The position numbers were made by a program, and so were the translations under genes. The notes beneath the pieces are model-generated. The model did not search any database, was not told the origin of the DNA, and was given only the letters and a program-made list of their open reading frames with translations. From the NCBI RefSeq assembly GCF_002854065.1, contig NZ_CP024147.1: DNA of 64,000 bases; one strand, written 5' to 3'. Positions 49,843 to 64,000 of this stretch are shown here, in pieces. This DNA is from Escherichia coli (lineage in GTDB: Bacteria > Pseudomonadota > Gammaproteobacteria > Enterobacterales > Enterobacteriaceae). Position 1 is the first letter of the stretch. Each line of letters opens with the position of its first letter.

Positions 49843-51282
49843 ATGTCTATTGTGGTGAAAAATAACATTCATTGGGTGGGTCAACGTGACTGGGAAGTGC
49901 GTGATTTTCACGGCACGGAATATAAAACGCTGCGCGGCAGCAGCTACAACAGCTACCTCATCCGCGAAGAAAAAAACGTGCTGATCGACACCGTCGACCA
50001 TAAATTCAGCCGCGAATTTGTGCAGAACCTGCGTAATGAAATCGATCTGGCGGATATCGATTACATCGTGATTAACCATGCGGAAGAGGACCACGCCGGG
50101 GCGCTGACCGAACTGATGGCACAAATTCCCGATACGCCGATCTACTGTACTGCCAACGCTATCGACTCGATAAATGGTCATCACCATCATCCGGAGTGGA
50201 ATTTTAATGTGGTGAAAACTGGCGACACGCTGGATATCGGCAACGGCAAACAGCTCATTTTTGTCGAAACACCAATGCTGCACTGGCCGGACAGCATGAT
50301 GACTTACCTGACAGGCGACGCGGTGCTGTTCAGTAACGATGCTTTCGGTCAGCACTACTGTGACGAGCATCTGTTCAACGATGAAGTGGATCAGACGGAG
50401 CTTTTCGAGCAGTGCCAGCGTTACTACGCCAATATCCTGACGCCGTTCAGCCGCCTGGTAACGCCGAAAATTACCGAGATCCTAGGCTTTAACTTACCAG
50501 TCGATATGATAGCCACTTCCCACGGCGTGGTATGGCGCGATAACCCGACGCAAATTGTCGAGCTGTACCTGAAATGGGCGGCTGATTATCAGGAAGACAG
50601 AATCACCATTTTCTACGACACCATGTCGAATAACACCCGCATGATGGCTGACGCTATCGCCCAGGGGATTGCGGAAACCGACCCACGCGTGGCGGTGAAA
50701 ATTTTCAACGTCGCCCGAAGCGATAAAAACGAAATCCTGACCAATGTCTTCCGCTCAAAAGGCGTACTGGTCGGCACTTCGACGATGAATAACGTGATGA
50801 TGCCGAAAATCGCCGGGCTGGTGGAGGAGATGACCGGATTACGCTTCCGTAACAAACGCGCCAGTGCTTTCGGCTCTCACGGCTGGAGCGGCGGTGCGGT
50901 GGATCGTCTTTCCACGCGCCTGCAGGATGCGGGTTTCGAAATGTCGCTTAGCCTGAAAGCGAAATGGCGACCAGACCAGGACGCTCTGGAGTTATGCCGT
51001 GAACACGGTCGCGAAATCGCCCGTCAGTGGGCGCTCGCGCCGCTGCCGCAGAGCACGGTGAATGCGGTAGTTAAAGAAGAAACCTCTGCCACCACGACGG
51101 CTGACCTCGGCCCACGGATGCAGTGCAGCGTCTGCCAGTGGATTTACGATCCGGCAAAAGGCGAGCCAATGCAGGACGTTGCGCCAGGAACGCCGTGGAG
51201 TGAAGTCCCGGATAACTTCCTGTGCCCGGAATGCTCCCTCGGCAAAGACGTCTTTGACGAACTGGCATCGGAGGCAAAATGA
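49843..51282 (+). CDS. norV: Anaerobic nitric oxide reductase flavorubredoxin
   Basis: 479-aa [35 protein letters not shown]... with C-terminal rubredoxin CxxC pairs. Confidence 0.96.
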   Translation: MSIVVKNNIHWVGQRDWEVRDFHGTEYKTLRGSSYNSYLIREEKNVLIDTVDHKFSREFVQNLRNEIDLADIDYIVINHAEEDHAGALTELMAQIPDTPIYCTANAIDSINGHHHHPEWNFNVVKTGDTLDIGNGKQLIFVETPMLHWPDSMMTYLTGDAVLFSNDAFGQHYCDEHLFNDEVDQTELFEQCQRYYANILTPFSRLVTPKITEILGFNLPVDMIATSHGVVWRDNPTQIVELYLKWAADYQEDRITIFYDTMSNNTRMMADAIAQGIAETDPRVAVKIFNVARSDKNEILTNVFRSKGVLVGTSTMNNVMMPKIAGLVEEMTGLRFRNKRASAFGSHGWSGGAVDRLSTRLQDAGFEMSLSLKAKWRPDQDALELCREHGREIARQWALAPLPQSTVNAVVKEETSATTTADLGPRMQCSVCQWIYDPAKGEPMQDVAPGTPWSEVPDNFLCPECSLGKDVFDELASEAK

Positions 51283-52412
51283 GCAACGGCATTGTGATCA
51301 TTGGTTCGGGCTTCGCCGCCCGCCAACTGGTGAAAAATATTCGCAAACAGGACGCCAGTATTCCATTAACCCTGATTGCCGCCGACAGCATGGATGAGTA
51401 CAACAAACCTGACCTCAGCCATGTTATCAGTCAGGGGCAACGTGCCGACGACCTTACCCGCCAGACGGCGGGTGAATTTGCCGAGCAGTTTAATCTGCAC
51501 CTGTTTCCGCAAACCTGGGTGACGGATATCGATGCCGAAGCCCGTGTGGTGAAAAGCCAGAATAATCAGTGGCGATACGACAAGCTAGTGCTGGCAACCG
51601 GTGCCAGCGCCTTTGTCCCGCCAGTGCCTGGGCGTGAGTTAATGCTGACGTTAAATAGTCAGCAAGAGTATCGCGCCTGTGAAACGCAACTGCGGGATGC
51701 CCGACGCGTGTTGATTGTTGGCGGTGGTTTGATTGGTAGCGAACTGGCGATGGATTTTTGTCGTGCAGGCAAAGCGGTCACGCTAATCGACAACGCTACC
51801 AGTATTCTGGCGTCGTTAATGCCACCGGAAGTAAGCAGCCGCTTGCAGCATCGGTTGACGGAGATGGGCGTTCATCTGCTGTTGAAATCTCAGTTGCAGG
51901 GGCTGGAAAAAACGGATTCTGGCATTGTGGCAACGCTGGACCGCCAGCGTAGTATCGAAGTGGATGCGGTAATTGCCGCCACCGGACTGCGCCCGGAAAC
52001 CGCCCTGGCACGACGCGCTGGGCTGACGATTAATCGCGGCGTTTGCGTCGATAGTTATCTGCAAACCAGTAATGCCGATATTTACGCGCTGGGCGATTGC
52101 GCGGAAATTAACGGTCAGGTACTGCCGTTCCTGCAGCCGATTCAACTTAGCGCGATGGTGCTGGCAAAAAATCTTCTCGGCAATAACACGCCGCTTAAAC
52201 TACCGGCGATGCTGGTGAAAATCAAAACGCCGGAATTACCGCTGCATCTGGCAGGCGAAACCCAGCGTCAGGATTTACGCTGGCAAATTAATACCGAACG
52301 CCAGGGAATGGTGGCGCGCGGCGTTGACGATGCTGACCTGCTTCGCGCCTTTGTGGTCAGTGAGGATCGGATGAAAGAGGCATTTGGATTGTTGAAAACG
52401 TTGCCGATGTAG
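51279..52412 (+). CDS. norW: NADH:flavorubredoxin reductase
   Basis: 377-aa [28 protein letters not shown]... (FAD/NAD binding). Confidence 0.96.
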   Translation: MSNGIVIIGSGFAARQLVKNIRKQDASIPLTLIAADSMDEYNKPDLSHVISQGQRADDLTRQTAGEFAEQFNLHLFPQTWVTDIDAEARVVKSQNNQWRYDKLVLATGASAFVPPVPGRELMLTLNSQQEYRACETQLRDARRVLIVGGGLIGSELAMDFCRAGKAVTLIDNATSILASLMPPEVSSRLQHRLTEMGVHLLLKSQLQGLEKTDSGIVATLDRQRSIEVDAVIAATGLRPETALARRAGLTINRGVCVDSYLQTSNADIYALGDCAEINGQVLPFLQPIQLSAMVLAKNLLGNNTPLKLPAMLVKIKTPELPLHLAGETQRQDLRWQINTERQGMVARGVDDADLLRAFVVSEDRMKEAFGLLKTLPM

Positions 52413-52424
52413 GTGGGCTACTGT

Positions 52425-52525
<101 letters not shown>

Positions 52526-52539
52526 AAATGCAACACGTT

Positions 52540-54792
52540 TTATCCGTTCTGGACTTCACCCGCTAACCAACGCGCCGCAGCAATAACCCCCTGCCCCAGA
52601 GACAAACCGCCATCACCCGCCGGTAAACTCTGTGGAAAGAGCAATGTGAAATCAGCGAGATAATGCGCCAGACGTGCACGCAGCAAACGGTTATGAATAA
52701 CCCCGCCGCTAAATACCAGCGTAGTGATACCACGCATCGTGGCCTGCTCACGCATCAACGCGGCAAAACCCTGCGCCAGCGCATCATGAAACGCCCACGC
52801 GCGTTGATTAACCGGTGCCTGCCAGTTCAGCCACTGCTGCCAGAAAGTGGCGAGATCCAGTTGATTGTCCACCCGCGGCATTGTCACCGGATGCGTCACT
52901 CCGTGGCATGAGGCTGCGAGCGCCTCCAGAGCACAAGCCGCTTCACCTTCATAACTTAACGTGGCTGGCGCACAGCCCAGTGCCGCCGCCACTGCATCGA
53001 ACACCCGCCCACACGATGACGCCAGCGGCGCGTTAATTCCACGCTCAATGGCCCGCGCCAGTACGCTCCAGTTTTGCTGTTGCACACTTGCCGTTTCAGG
53101 GTAATTCTGCCACTCCGGCACAAAGCGCAGGCACTGCGCCAGCAGGTTACGCCACGGCTGCTTCGCCGCCAAATCGCCACCCGGAAGCGCCACTGCAGGC
53201 AAGCCGCCCAGGTGCTCACATTCGCGATAGTTCACCCGCAGGCACTCGCCGCCCCACAAAGCGCCGTTCTCCCCCATACCGATACCGTCGAGCGTCAAAG
53301 CAATGACATCACCGCCCTCCAGTGGCCACTGATGCTCTGCCAGACACGCCGCTGCATGGGCATGATGATGCAGTACCGTTTGCGTCGGCAGATTCATTTC
53401 GCTCGCCCACTGGCTGGAGACATAGCCCGGATGCACGTCATGCACAACGTATTGCGGGGTGAAATCGTAGATGTTTTGCATCAGGCGTAACGCTTCGCGC
53501 CACTGCATCTGGATGCCATCGTCACTTAAATCGCCCAGATGCTGGCTCAACACCGCTTGTTCACCGCGCACCAGGCAGAAGGTATTTTTCAGATCCGCGC
53601 CGAGACACAGCACAGGCGGAACATTTTTAAAGCCCGGAGGCAAAGCCAGCGCATCCGGCACATACCCCCGCGAACGGCGCATCATTTCGCCGCTTTCGCG
53701 CACCACTGAATCATCCATCCGCTGCACGATGTCGCGGTTATGTATTAAGAATCCGTCGGCAATGCCCTGCAAATCCTCCAGCGCCTGTTCGTTGCTGATA
53801 GCCGGTGGTTTACCGCTCAGGTTGCCAGAGGTCATCACCAGCGGGCATTGCAGTTCCTGTAACAGCAAATGCTGAAGCGGATTCGCAGGCAACATTACCC
53901 CGACTTCGTTAAGGCCAGGGGCGATATCATCACAAATCTCAGGTACGTATTTTTTATCCACCAGCACAATCGGCGCAGCGGGCGTGGTAAGCAACTGGCG
54001 CGCAGCGTCTGGTAAACCGTCAGCCACTGGCAACATGACTGCCAGCGGTTTCGCCGGGCGATGTTTGCGCGCCCGAAGTGTCGCCACCGCGTTACTGTTA
54101 CGTGCATCGCAGGCAAGATGAAATCCGCCAATCCCTTTGATGGCGACAATGTTGCCCATTTTTAACTGTGCGATAGCCGCCTGTAATGCCGCCTCTTGTT
54201 CTGCATGTTCACCATGACTTACCCATTCAAGATGCGGGCCACACTCCGGGCAGGCCACCGGCTGGGCGTGGAAGCGACGATCGAGCGGGTCGCGGTACTC
54301 TTTATCACAGGCTGGACACAGCGGAAACGCCGCCATCACGGTAAACGGGCGGTCGTAAGGCATCGCGCGAATAATGGTGAAACGCGGGCCGCAGTGGGTA
54401 CAGTTGATAAACGGATAACGATAACGCCGTTCGCCTGGGGTATTCATTTCGGCAAGGCAAGCAGGGCAAGTAGCGGCATCGGGAACAATTTGCGTATTCA
54501 TGGCGCCGCCCGCGCTCTGGCGGATGGTGAACTCAGTGGGCAGTTGTGACCAGATAAACGGTTCACGCTCAACGCTATCAATACGCGCCAGCGGCGGGCA
54601 GTGCTGATGCAATTGAACAAGAAACGTTTCCGGGTCTTCCAGCAGCCGGACTTCTACGCCATCGCCGTCATTACAGACATCGCCGTGAAGATTTAATTGC
54701 TGTGCCAGTTGCCAGACAAACGGACGAAAACCGACGCCCTGCACTTTGCCACGAATACGCAGTTGGACACCGCAAGATGTGTTTTTTGCCAT
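52540..54792 (-). CDS. hypF: Hydrogenase maturation carbamoyltransferase HypF
   Basis: Sequence [33 protein letters not shown]... (acylphosphatase, Zn-finger CxxC pairs, YrdC and Kae1-like regions). Confidence 0.95.
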   Translation of the reverse strand: MAKNTSCGVQLRIRGKVQGVGFRPFVWQLAQQLNLHGDVCNDGDGVEVRLLEDPETFLVQLHQHCPPLARIDSVEREPFIWSQLPTEFTIRQSAGGAMNTQIVPDAATCPACLAEMNTPGERRYRYPFINCTHCGPRFTIIRAMPYDRPFTVMAAFPLCPACDKEYRDPLDRRFHAQPVACPECGPHLEWVSHGEHAEQEAALQAAIAQLKMGNIVAIKGIGGFHLACDARNSNAVATLRARKHRPAKPLAVMLPVADGLPDAARQLLTTPAAPIVLVDKKYVPEICDDIAPGLNEVGVMLPANPLQHLLLQELQCPLVMTSGNLSGKPPAISNEQALEDLQGIADGFLIHNRDIVQRMDDSVVRESGEMMRRSRGYVPDALALPPGFKNVPPVLCLGADLKNTFCLVRGEQAVLSQHLGDLSDDGIQMQWREALRLMQNIYDFTPQYVVHDVHPGYVSSQWASEMNLPTQTVLHHHAHAAACLAEHQWPLEGGDVIALTLDGIGMGENGALWGGECLRVNYRECEHLGGLPAVALPGGDLAAKQPWRNLLAQCLRFVPEWQNYPETASVQQQNWSVLARAIERGINAPLASSCGRVFDAVAAALGCAPATLSYEGEAACALEALAASCHGVTHPVTMPRVDNQLDLATFWQQWLNWQAPVNQRAWAFHDALAQGFAALMREQATMRGITTLVFSGGVIHNRLLRARLAHYLADFTLLFPQSLPAGDGGLSLGQGVIAAARWLAGEVQNG

Positions 54793-54944
54793 TGAGTTAT
54801 TCCCGCCATCATGAATTGCGTAACCCGTCCAGCCGGACACGACAGCGTCGCATCCGGCAGTCACAGGTCGGCGATACCGCCCGCTCGGTATTCTACGAAT
54901 ATTTCCGGGAATTCCTTTGATGCCAGAACAGTTCTGTAAGATTT

Positions 54945-55472
54945 TTAGAACATCAGCGCCGTACGGCGGCGTTTTTCTGCGCTCAGTTGTTCAAGTTTAT
55001 TACGATCGACACAAATTAGCGCATGAGTCGGGCAAGCCGCCATACACGCCGGGCCGTCTTCACGATGGTTGCACAGGTCGCATTTATTGGCTTCGGCTTT
55101 GTCAGCCCGTACATTCAGACCCGCGCCGCTGTTGCGGATCACCGGACGTACCACCACTTCCATCGCGCCATACGGGCAAGCCACAACGCAGGTTTTGCAA
55201 CCAATGCAACGTTCCTGCATCACATGAACAAACCCTTTATCACGGCTGATAGCACCATTCGGGCAGACGTTAGCGCACGGTGCATCTTCACACTGACGGC
55301 AAACTGTCGCCGTGGAAATGTTCACACCTTTAATGACATGGATACGCGGTAAAAATGTTTCCGGGGTCAGCGATGCACAGTCCTGATTTTCCTGATGAGA
55401 AACCACGCACGCCACTTCACAGGTACGGCAACCAATACATTTACTCGCGTCAGCAATGATGAAACGGTTCAT
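54945..55472 (-). CDS. hydN: Electron transport protein HydN (4Fe-4S ferredoxin-type)
   Basis: Sequence [27 protein letters not shown]... with four CxxCxxCxxxCP clusters. Confidence 0.95.
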   Translation of the reverse strand: MNRFIIADASKCIGCRTCEVACVVSHQENQDCASLTPETFLPRIHVIKGVNISTATVCRQCEDAPCANVCPNGAISRDKGFVHVMQERCIGCKTCVVACPYGAMEVVVRPVIRNSGAGLNVRADKAEANKCDLCNHREDGPACMAACPTHALICVDRNKLEQLSAEKRRRTALMF

Positions 55473-55621
55473 CAAATTCTCCAGCTATGACAGTTAATGC
55501 GCCGATACATTCACAAATTATGCCAGTTTTTAATTAACTGTTATTTAAGGAAATTAATTTCTGTAATGCAGGAAAAAAAGATGTCATCGACACTAGTGAC
55601 GATGACATGTGATGACAATGT

Positions 55622-56635
55622 TTATCGCGAAAGAGCAATGAGTGAGTCGCGGCAGATCAGTTTTCCGCTGAAGGTTTTCGGCGGTGAGAAATCCCCGCCA
55701 TCGAGCATAAAAATCAGCCGTCCAATAATTTCCTGAATCATCTCAGTCACCGGAATTTTTACGCTGGAGAGCGCCGGAACGATATAGGGGGCAATTGCGA
55801 TATCATCGAATCCGATAACTGACACCTGCTCTGGCACCGCTACGCCGCGCTCGTGTAACGCTTTCATCGCACCTATCGCCATATCGTCGTTACTGGCAAC
55901 TAACGCGCTAAATTTAGCCCCACGTTCGAGCAACGTTTCTACCCCTTCGGCCCCGCTGGCGGGCGTCCATTTACCGTTAGCGATAAGTTTTTCATTGAGC
56001 GCAATACCATGCTGCGCCAGCGCGTCTTTATATCCGGCAAGACGTTCAACGCTGGTGGGGGAATCCATCGAGCCGGTAAGAAAAGCAATCTCCTGATGCC
56101 CGGCGTTTATCAACTCTGCCACGGCGTTAAAGCTGGTCTGTTTATGATCGCACCAGACGCTATGGCTGCTATTTTTGCGCAGGCGGCGATTAAGCACCAT
56201 TATCGGCTGACTGTGCGCGTCAATGATGTCATCGATCTCATCCACACTTAAAAAACGCGGGTAAATCATAATGGCGTCGCAGCGCAAATCCAGCAGATAC
56301 TGAATCGCCTGGCGCTCTTCTTCGGCGCTGTGTTTACCATCTGCCAATAGCAACTGCCGCCCTTTCTCTTCCGCCATTCGCGCGGCATGAAACAGTAATT
56401 CACTAAAATAAATGCCGTGGTAAAGCGTGTTAGTCACTACCAGCCCCAGCGTCTGGGTACTTTTCGCCGACAGATTGCGCGCCAGCAAGTTTGGACGGTA
56501 ACCGCTCTCTTCTACCGCCTGAAACACGCGATCTTTAGTCTCCTGGCTGACGTAGCCATTACCTGAAAGCACGCGGGAAACGGTCGCTTTTGAAACCCCG
56601 GCGCGCTTCGCCACTTCCAGCATCGTCGTCATCAT
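55622..56635 (-). CDS. ascG: LacI/GalR-family repressor of asc operon
   Basis: Sequence M(M)TTMLEVAKRAGVSKATVSRVLSGNGYVS...; exact start (56632 vs 56635) uncertain. Confidence 0.92.
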   Translation of the reverse strand: MMTTMLEVAKRAGVSKATVSRVLSGNGYVSQETKDRVFQAVEESGYRPNLLARNLSAKSTQTLGLVVTNTLYHGIYFSELLFHAARMAEEKGRQLLLADGKHSAEEERQAIQYLLDLRCDAIMIYPRFLSVDEIDDIIDAHSQPIMVLNRRLRKNSSHSVWCDHKQTSFNAVAELINAGHQEIAFLTGSMDSPTSVERLAGYKDALAQHGIALNEKLIANGKWTPASGAEGVETLLERGAKFSALVASNDDMAIGAMKALHERGVAVPEQVSVIGFDDIAIAPYIVPALSSVKIPVTEMIQEIIGRLIFMLDGGDFSPPKTFSGKLICRDSLIALSR

Positions 56636-56718
56636 TTTCATCCCTTTACACGCAATCAACGCAGTGTACTGCACCGTTTACCGATTGTCCTTGCGCAATC
56701 GGCGGGAAAAATATTCAG

Positions 56719-56732
56719 GTGACCGGTTTCAC
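56719..56732. promoter_or_regulatory. Putative AscG operator palindrome 1
   Basis: gtgaccggtttcac, palindromic around ccgg, in the ascG-ascF divergent region. Confidence 0.55.
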
Positions 56733-56792
56733 AAATATAAAAAATGAACAATTAACTCTCTTGCTTATTTGGTTACAACTATTCATGATTTT

Positions 56793-56806
56793 GTGAAACC
56801 GGTTTC
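56793..56806. promoter_or_regulatory. Putative AscG operator palindrome 2
   Basis: gtgaaaccggtttc, second copy of the same palindromic motif 74 bp downstream. Confidence 0.55.
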
Positions 56807-56891
56807 TTAATTCCGTTTCAGCATCGGCATTTTTCCGTCACGTCGACTGATAACAACTACATCTTCCCTACTGATAACAGGATAAAATCCG

Positions 56892-59782
<2,891 letters not shown>

Positions 59783-59789
59783 GCAACCG

Positions 59790-59875
59790 TGCCGGATGCG
59801 GCGTGAACGCCTTATCCGGCCTACATAGTTCGTGCGACATGTAGGCCCGATAAGCGCAGCGCATCGGGCAATCTG
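59790..59875. repeat. REP elements downstream of ascB
   Basis: gccggatgcggcgtgaacgccttatccggcctac and gtaggcccgataagcgcagcgcatcgggca. Confidence 0.85.
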
Positions 59876-59896
59876 TGGATTGGCATCAGTCAAAAA

Positions 59897-60314
59897 TCAA
59901 AGAAACCATTCAGGCTTAACGCCAAATCGGGCTGAAAGTGCCTTAATGTGGGATATCGTCAGGGATCGTTGTCCAGACAAGATCTGGCTGACCAGGGATT
60001 TAGAACCGATTTCGTTCTTCAAATCCGCATAGTCAGATTATGTTGATCAATCAGCGTACGAAGTAACGCTACGCCAACCGGCATTGCCGCAACGGCTTTG
60101 TCGAACTCTGCAAACTTTTCGTTGTTGTTTTCATATTCTGCAATGCGGCTCGCCAGAAAGTCGATAAGTGGATTGGTGTCATCTTCTTCAATCAATATTC
60201 GACCAGTTCCAGTGCTTCACGATAATCATCTTCTGAGTCACTGCCTCCCAGAAAGGGGACTGCATTGACCAGTTCTCTTGTTGCTTTAACAGCGCGTGCA
60301 GCATTAGCAGTCAT
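59897..60314 (-). pseudogene. HigA-like (HTH-XRE) antitoxin gene remnant with two frameshifts
   Basis: Three reading-frame segments together resemble E. coli HigA: MTANAARAVKATRELVNAVPFLGGSDSEDDYREALELVEY / LIEEDDTNPLIDFLASRIAEYENNNEKFAEFDKAVAAMPVGVALLRTLIDQHNLT / YADLKNEIGSKSLVSQILSGQRSLTISHIKALSARFGVKPEWFL. Confidence 0.6.
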
Positions 60315-60549
60315 TCTTTGTTCTCTCTGTAGTATCGTATCAGACGCCCACTTTTCTAAAATGCCAGGTTTGCTCGGCATCATAAGGCATGGTCAGGAGA
60401 GGTTTCAGCGCCCGCTTTTGCGCATATTCGCTGTCACTCATTGGCAGATATTCGGTAAAGCTGGTGGCCTGTGCAGGCAGCACTAAGCTCAATAAAAAAG
60501 CGCACATCCCTGTTCTGATGTTCAATTCCCTGAATTCCCTAATGAAGAA

Positions 60550-61017
60550 TTATTCTTCCACCGCTAACTGCGCGAAGCCGCCGTTCCCTTCCCAGCCTTC
60601 CAGTCGTTGATAAACGGTTTCTACCGCATCTTTAATCGGCTGTGTCATCGGGTAGTAAAAGCCGACGATATCCGGCTGGATGCCGAGGAAAATCACTTCG
60701 CCAATATCTTCTTTCAACTGATCGATAAGGTAGTTCAACGGCATGTTATGGGTAGTCATCATAAACATCTCGGCGATATCATCCGGGTCGATGATGCGGA
60801 TTTCGCCGGGGTTTAGCCCCATATCCGTGGCGTCGACAATCAGCAGTCGTGTCGGGCGCAGTTCACGGATAGCGACGATGTCGTTTTCCGGTGCGCTACC
60901 GCCGTCAATCACCACCCAGTTACCTTTCGGCGCGGCAGCGCACTTTTCCGCCAGCAGCGGGCCTGCGCCATCATCGCCCATCATGCTATTGCCAACACAG
61001 AGTAAAACGTCAGTCAC
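60550..61017 (-). CDS. hycI: Hydrogenase 3 maturation endopeptidase
   Basis: 155-aa [34 protein letters not shown]... Confidence 0.95.
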   Translation of the reverse strand: MTDVLLCVGNSMMGDDGAGPLLAEKCAAAPKGNWVVIDGGSAPENDIVAIRELRPTRLLIVDATDMGLNPGEIRIIDPDDIAEMFMMTTHNMPLNYLIDQLKEDIGEVIFLGIQPDIVGFYYPMTQPIKDAVETVYQRLEGWEGNGGFAQLAVEE

Positions 61018-61420
61018 GCAGTCTCCTCACCATCAAATAGATGGCGTTTTCCTGATGAATATCATGCAGCATACTTAACAGCATTGTACTCCATTCCTTC
61101 TGCTGCGAAGTTTGCGCTGCCCGGGCTTTATCGAATGCATTAGCCAGCATCGGCACATGGTTAATGTCGATGACGATCTCACCATATTTCGGCACGCCTT
61201 CCATTTTGCGGCGGGCTTCGCTGCCCGCCTCCAGAGTGGCAATCCATGCCAGATAGTCATCCCACGGGCAGGTGAGCGCCGCTTCCAGGCAATCGATAAC
61301 CCCAAGGTGGTGACCAATCGCCAGGCTGTAATAGACCACCTGCTGCGCCTCGGCGGGCGTGGCATCGTTCTCATCAATAAATTTACGGCTCAGTTGACTG
61401 AACACCACCTTTTCACTCAT
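61010..61420 (-). CDS. hycH: Formate hydrogenlyase maturation protein HycH
   Basis: 136-aa [43 protein letters not shown]... Confidence 0.95.
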   Translation of the reverse strand: MSEKVVFSQLSRKFIDENDATPAEAQQVVYYSLAIGHHLGVIDCLEAALTCPWDDYLAWIATLEAGSEARRKMEGVPKYGEIVIDINHVPMLANAFDKARAAQTSQQKEWSTMLLSMLHDIHQENAIYLMVRRLRD

Positions 61421-62184
61421 CGGATACGCGCCTCTTCAACAACATGATTCAGATGGCTGACAATCTCGTTCAGACGCGGATCGTTTTCCGCTTCCAGCCA
61501 GCGTGCAACCTGTTCTTCGCCCTGCCCTAACTGTGTCAGGAAGTCATCGGCAATCTGACGACCGTAACGATAACCCGCCAGTCGACGTGCTTCGCGATCC
61601 ACTTTCACACGCAGCGGCTGCACCATATCGCCATGCAGAATTTCTGCCGGTTGTTCATCCTGCTCACCCGGGCCACGGGCGTGAATTTTCTGCTCCAGCA
61701 GGCCGAGCGCCATTGCAAAGCCGTACAGCGTGGCCGCTGGCGTTGGCGGGCAGCCAGGGATATAAACATCCACCGGGACGATTTTATCCGTACCGCCCCA
61801 CACGCAGTAGAGATCGTGGAAGATCCCGCCACTGTTACCGCAGGCACCGTAGGAGATACAGATTTTCGGGTCCGGCGCGGACTGCCACGCACGCAGCGCA
61901 GGGGATCGCATTGCACGGGTGACCGCGCCGGTAAACAGTAAAATATCCGCATGACGCGGTGAAGGAACGACTTTAATGCCGAAGCGTTCTGCATCAAACA
62001 GCGGCGAAAGCGTGGCGAAAATTTCGATTTCGCAGCCGTTGCAGCCGCCGCAGTCCACGCGGTAAACGTAGGCAGAGCGTTTGATTTTTTTCAGTAACGA
62101 CGCCTTCATACTGGCGATGGATTCATCCACCGTCATCGGGACCGGAATGCCGTTGGCGTCACGGGGGCCTAATAAATTGCTCAT
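61417..62184 (-). CDS. hycG: Hydrogenase 3 small subunit (NuoB-like)
   Basis: 255-aa ORF with CGGCNGC and GCPP cluster-binding motifs. Confidence 0.95.
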   Translation of the reverse strand: MSNLLGPRDANGIPVPMTVDESIASMKASLLKKIKRSAYVYRVDCGGCNGCEIEIFATLSPLFDAERFGIKVVPSPRHADILLFTGAVTRAMRSPALRAWQSAPDPKICISYGACGNSGGIFHDLYCVWGGTDKIVPVDVYIPGCPPTPAATLYGFAMALGLLEQKIHARGPGEQDEQPAEILHGDMVQPLRVKVDREARRLAGYRYGRQIADDFLTQLGQGEEQVARWLEAENDPRLNEIVSHLNHVVEEARIR

Positions 62185-62726
62185 CAGATGGCCTCTTTCA
62201 TATGGCGAGTCAGTTCAATACGGTCGGACGGCACTAGGCATTTCTGGCGCTTACATTCCGGGCAAGTCTCAAAGCTTTCGCGGTGGTTTTCCGCGCGGCT
62301 GTCGCCGTTGTGCTTAAGCAGCGCAATGGCGTAGTCGATCTCTTTCTGAACGGCGAAAGGACGATTGCAGACGCGGCAGTTACACAGCGCGAAGCGGGAC
62401 TGTTGCAGGAAGTCTTCTTTCTTCCACACCGCCAGTTCGTACTCTTGCGACAGTTTGATCGCCGCCGTCGGGCAAACTTCTTCGCAGCGTCCACAGAAGA
62501 TGCAACGCCCGAGATTAAACTCCCACGCAAGCTCTCCTGTGGCGAGATCAGTTTCAACCGTTAAGGCGTTTGACGGGCAGGCATTGACGCAGGCCGCGCA
62601 GCCGATGCACTGCTGCGGGTTCTGCTCTGGCTTACCACGGAAGTTTTTATCAACCGCAATCGGCTCCAGCGGATAAGACGAGGTCGCCGTGCCGGTTTTG
62701 ATGACTTTTTTGATAAAGGTAAACAT
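62184..62726 (-). CDS. hycF: Formate hydrogenlyase iron-sulfur subunit HycF
   Basis: 180-aa ORF with two CxxCxxCxxxCP ferredoxin motifs. Confidence 0.95.
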   Translation of the reverse strand: MFTFIKKVIKTGTATSSYPLEPIAVDKNFRGKPEQNPQQCIGCAACVNACPSNALTVETDLATGELAWEFNLGRCIFCGRCEEVCPTAAIKLSQEYELAVWKKEDFLQQSRFALCNCRVCNRPFAVQKEIDYAIALLKHNGDSRAENHRESFETCPECKRQKCLVPSDRIELTRHMKEAI

Positions 62727-62735
62727 GGCGATTCC

Positions 62736-64000
62736 TTATTTCAGCGGCGAGTTTTTACGCTCAATGCTGTAACGCTCGAGTTCTTTGTACGGCACCACTT
62801 TGCTCTTCTTCTTACGCACATCGACCACGGTCATGCGGTCGGTACAGGAGTAGCAAGGGTCGAGGCTACCGATAATCAGCGGCGCATCGGAAACGGTATT
62901 GCCACGCAGCATGTAGCGCAGGGTCGGCCAGTTCGCGTAAGTCGCGGCACGGCAGCGCCAGCGGTACAGCTTCTGGTTGTCGCCGGTCATGCTCCAGTGG
63001 ATATCGTCGCCGCGCGGCGCTTCGGCAAAGCCCAGCGCAAAGCGGTGCGGAATGTAGGTAAAGCCTTCCACCATCAGCGGGCCACCCGGCAGGTTATCCA
63101 GACCGTAGTCGATCATGTTCAGCGCGGTATAGACTTCGTTGATACGCACTTTCAGACGGGAAATAACGTCGCAGCCCTGCTCGCTGTGGACTTCCATTGG
63201 CAGCAAGCCATAACCAACAAACGGGTGATCGGCGCGAGTATCGCGGGCGTGACCGCTGGCGCGGACCATCGGGCCAACGTTACTGAAGTCGCGAGCGATT
63301 TCCGGGTCCAGACGACCAATGCCGACAGTGCGCTGTTCCATGTTCGGCGTACTCAGCAGCACATCCACCAGCTCCTGCACTTCACGACGCATCTGTTGCG
63401 CCAGTTGACGGGTCTGGATCATGTCATCTTTCAGCAGATCGCGACGAATCCCGCCGATCAGGTTCAGGCCGTAGGTTTTACGCGCACCGGTAAGGATCTC
63501 TGCCATTTTCATGGAGGTTTCACGCACGCGGAAGAACTGCATAAAGCCGGAGTCGAAGCCGGTAAAGTGGCAGGCGAGGCCGAGGTTGAGCAGATGCGAG
63601 TGCAGGCGTTCCACCTCCAGCAGAATGGCGCGGATCATCTGCGCACGTTCTGGCACCTGAATACCCATCGCGTTTTCCACCGACGTGGTGTAGGCGGTGC
63701 TGTGAGCAAAGCCGCAGATCCCGCACACACGGTCAGAGAGGAAGGTCACTTCGTTATAACCCATGCGGGTTTCCGCCAGTTTTTCCATGCCGCGATGGAC
63801 GTAGAACAGACGGTAGTCGGCGTCGATAATGTTTTCGCCATCGACGAACAGACGGAAGTGACCCGGTTCGTCAGAAGTGACGTGCAGCGGACCAATCGGC
63901 ACGACGTTGTTTTTCTTGTCGCCCAGTTCGTTGATGAACTCGTAGGTTTCAGCATCGGTGGTCGGTGCCGGACGTTGACGATAATCCATGCTGTCTTTAC
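62736..64000 (-). CDS. hycE: Hydrogenase 3 large subunit HycE, C-terminal part (5' end beyond window)
   Basis: Open frame to the window edge; sequence ...MDYRQRPAPTTDAETYEFINELGDKKNNVVPIGPLHV... ending DPCYSCTDR (NiFe-binding). Confidence 0.93.
   Translation of the reverse strand, partial: KDSMDYRQRPAPTTDAETYEFINELGDKKNNVVPIGPLHVTSDEPGHFRLFVDGENIIDADYRLFYVHRGMEKLAETRMGYNEVTFLSDRVCGICGFAHSTAYTTSVENAMGIQVPERAQMIRAILLEVERLHSHLLNLGLACHFTGFDSGFMQFFRVRETSMKMAEILTGARKTYGLNLIGGIRRDLLKDDMIQTRQLAQQMRREVQELVDVLLSTPNMEQRTVGIGRLDPEIARDFSNVGPMVRASGHARDTRADHPFVGYGLLPMEVHSEQGCDVISRLKVRINEVYTALNMIDYGLDNLPGGPLMVEGFTYIPHRFALGFAEAPRGDDIHWSMTGDNQKLYRWRCRAATYANWPTLRYMLRGNTVSDAPLIIGSLDPCYSCTDRMTVVDVRKKKSKVVPYKELERYSIERKNSPLK

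Noticed and set aside
55473-55621. Sigma-54 promoter upstream of hydN
   Set aside because: A tggcat...gtg motif is present on the minus strand but spacing does not fit GG-N10-GC; not called.
60340-60525. 61-aa ORF with signal-peptide-like N-terminus upstream of the HigA-like remnant
   Set aside because: Starts at TTG without a clear RBS, overlaps the antitoxin remnant, and has no recognisable toxin or other family similarity; kept only as a note.

Overview
This window is an Escherichia coli chromosomal segment, recognised from the encoded proteins and syntenic with the K-12 csiD-gab to hyc region. Gene order: IS1 right end | IS1-disrupted alpha-amylase-family gene | csiD-lhgO-gabDTP-csiR | kbp(ygaU), yqaE, ygaV, ygaP, stpA, alaE, ygaC, ygaM | MocR-type regulator + AhpD-like gene | nrdHIEF | proVWX | ygaY, ygaZH | mprA-emrAB | RNA ligase + HD-Pnk two-gene cassette | luxS, MicA sRNA, gshA, yqaAB | four tRNA-Arg(ACG) + tRNA-Ser(GCU) | csrA, alaS, recX, recA, pncC, mltB | srlAEBD-gutM-srlR-gutQ | norR, norVW | hypF, hydN | ascG, ascFB | hycIHGF and the 3' part of hycE. 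Most of it is ordinary core genome. The main candidate system is the overlapping two-gene cassette at 29627-31443: a nucleotidyltransferase-type RNA ligase followed by an HD phosphoesterase fused to a T4-Pnk-like 5'-OH polynucleotide kinase, i.e. a complete RNA end-healing and sealing module. It sits between emrB and luxS, where from memory K-12 has no genes. Other strain-specific features are the IS1 insertion in the amylase-like gene, the MocR/AhpD-like pair before nrdH, an apparently intact ygaY, a G-tract-rich recA-recX spacer and a frameshifted HigA-like antitoxin remnant between ascB and hycI. All calls rest on reading the supplied ORF translations and the DNA by eye; no database search was run, and every K-12 comparison is from memory.
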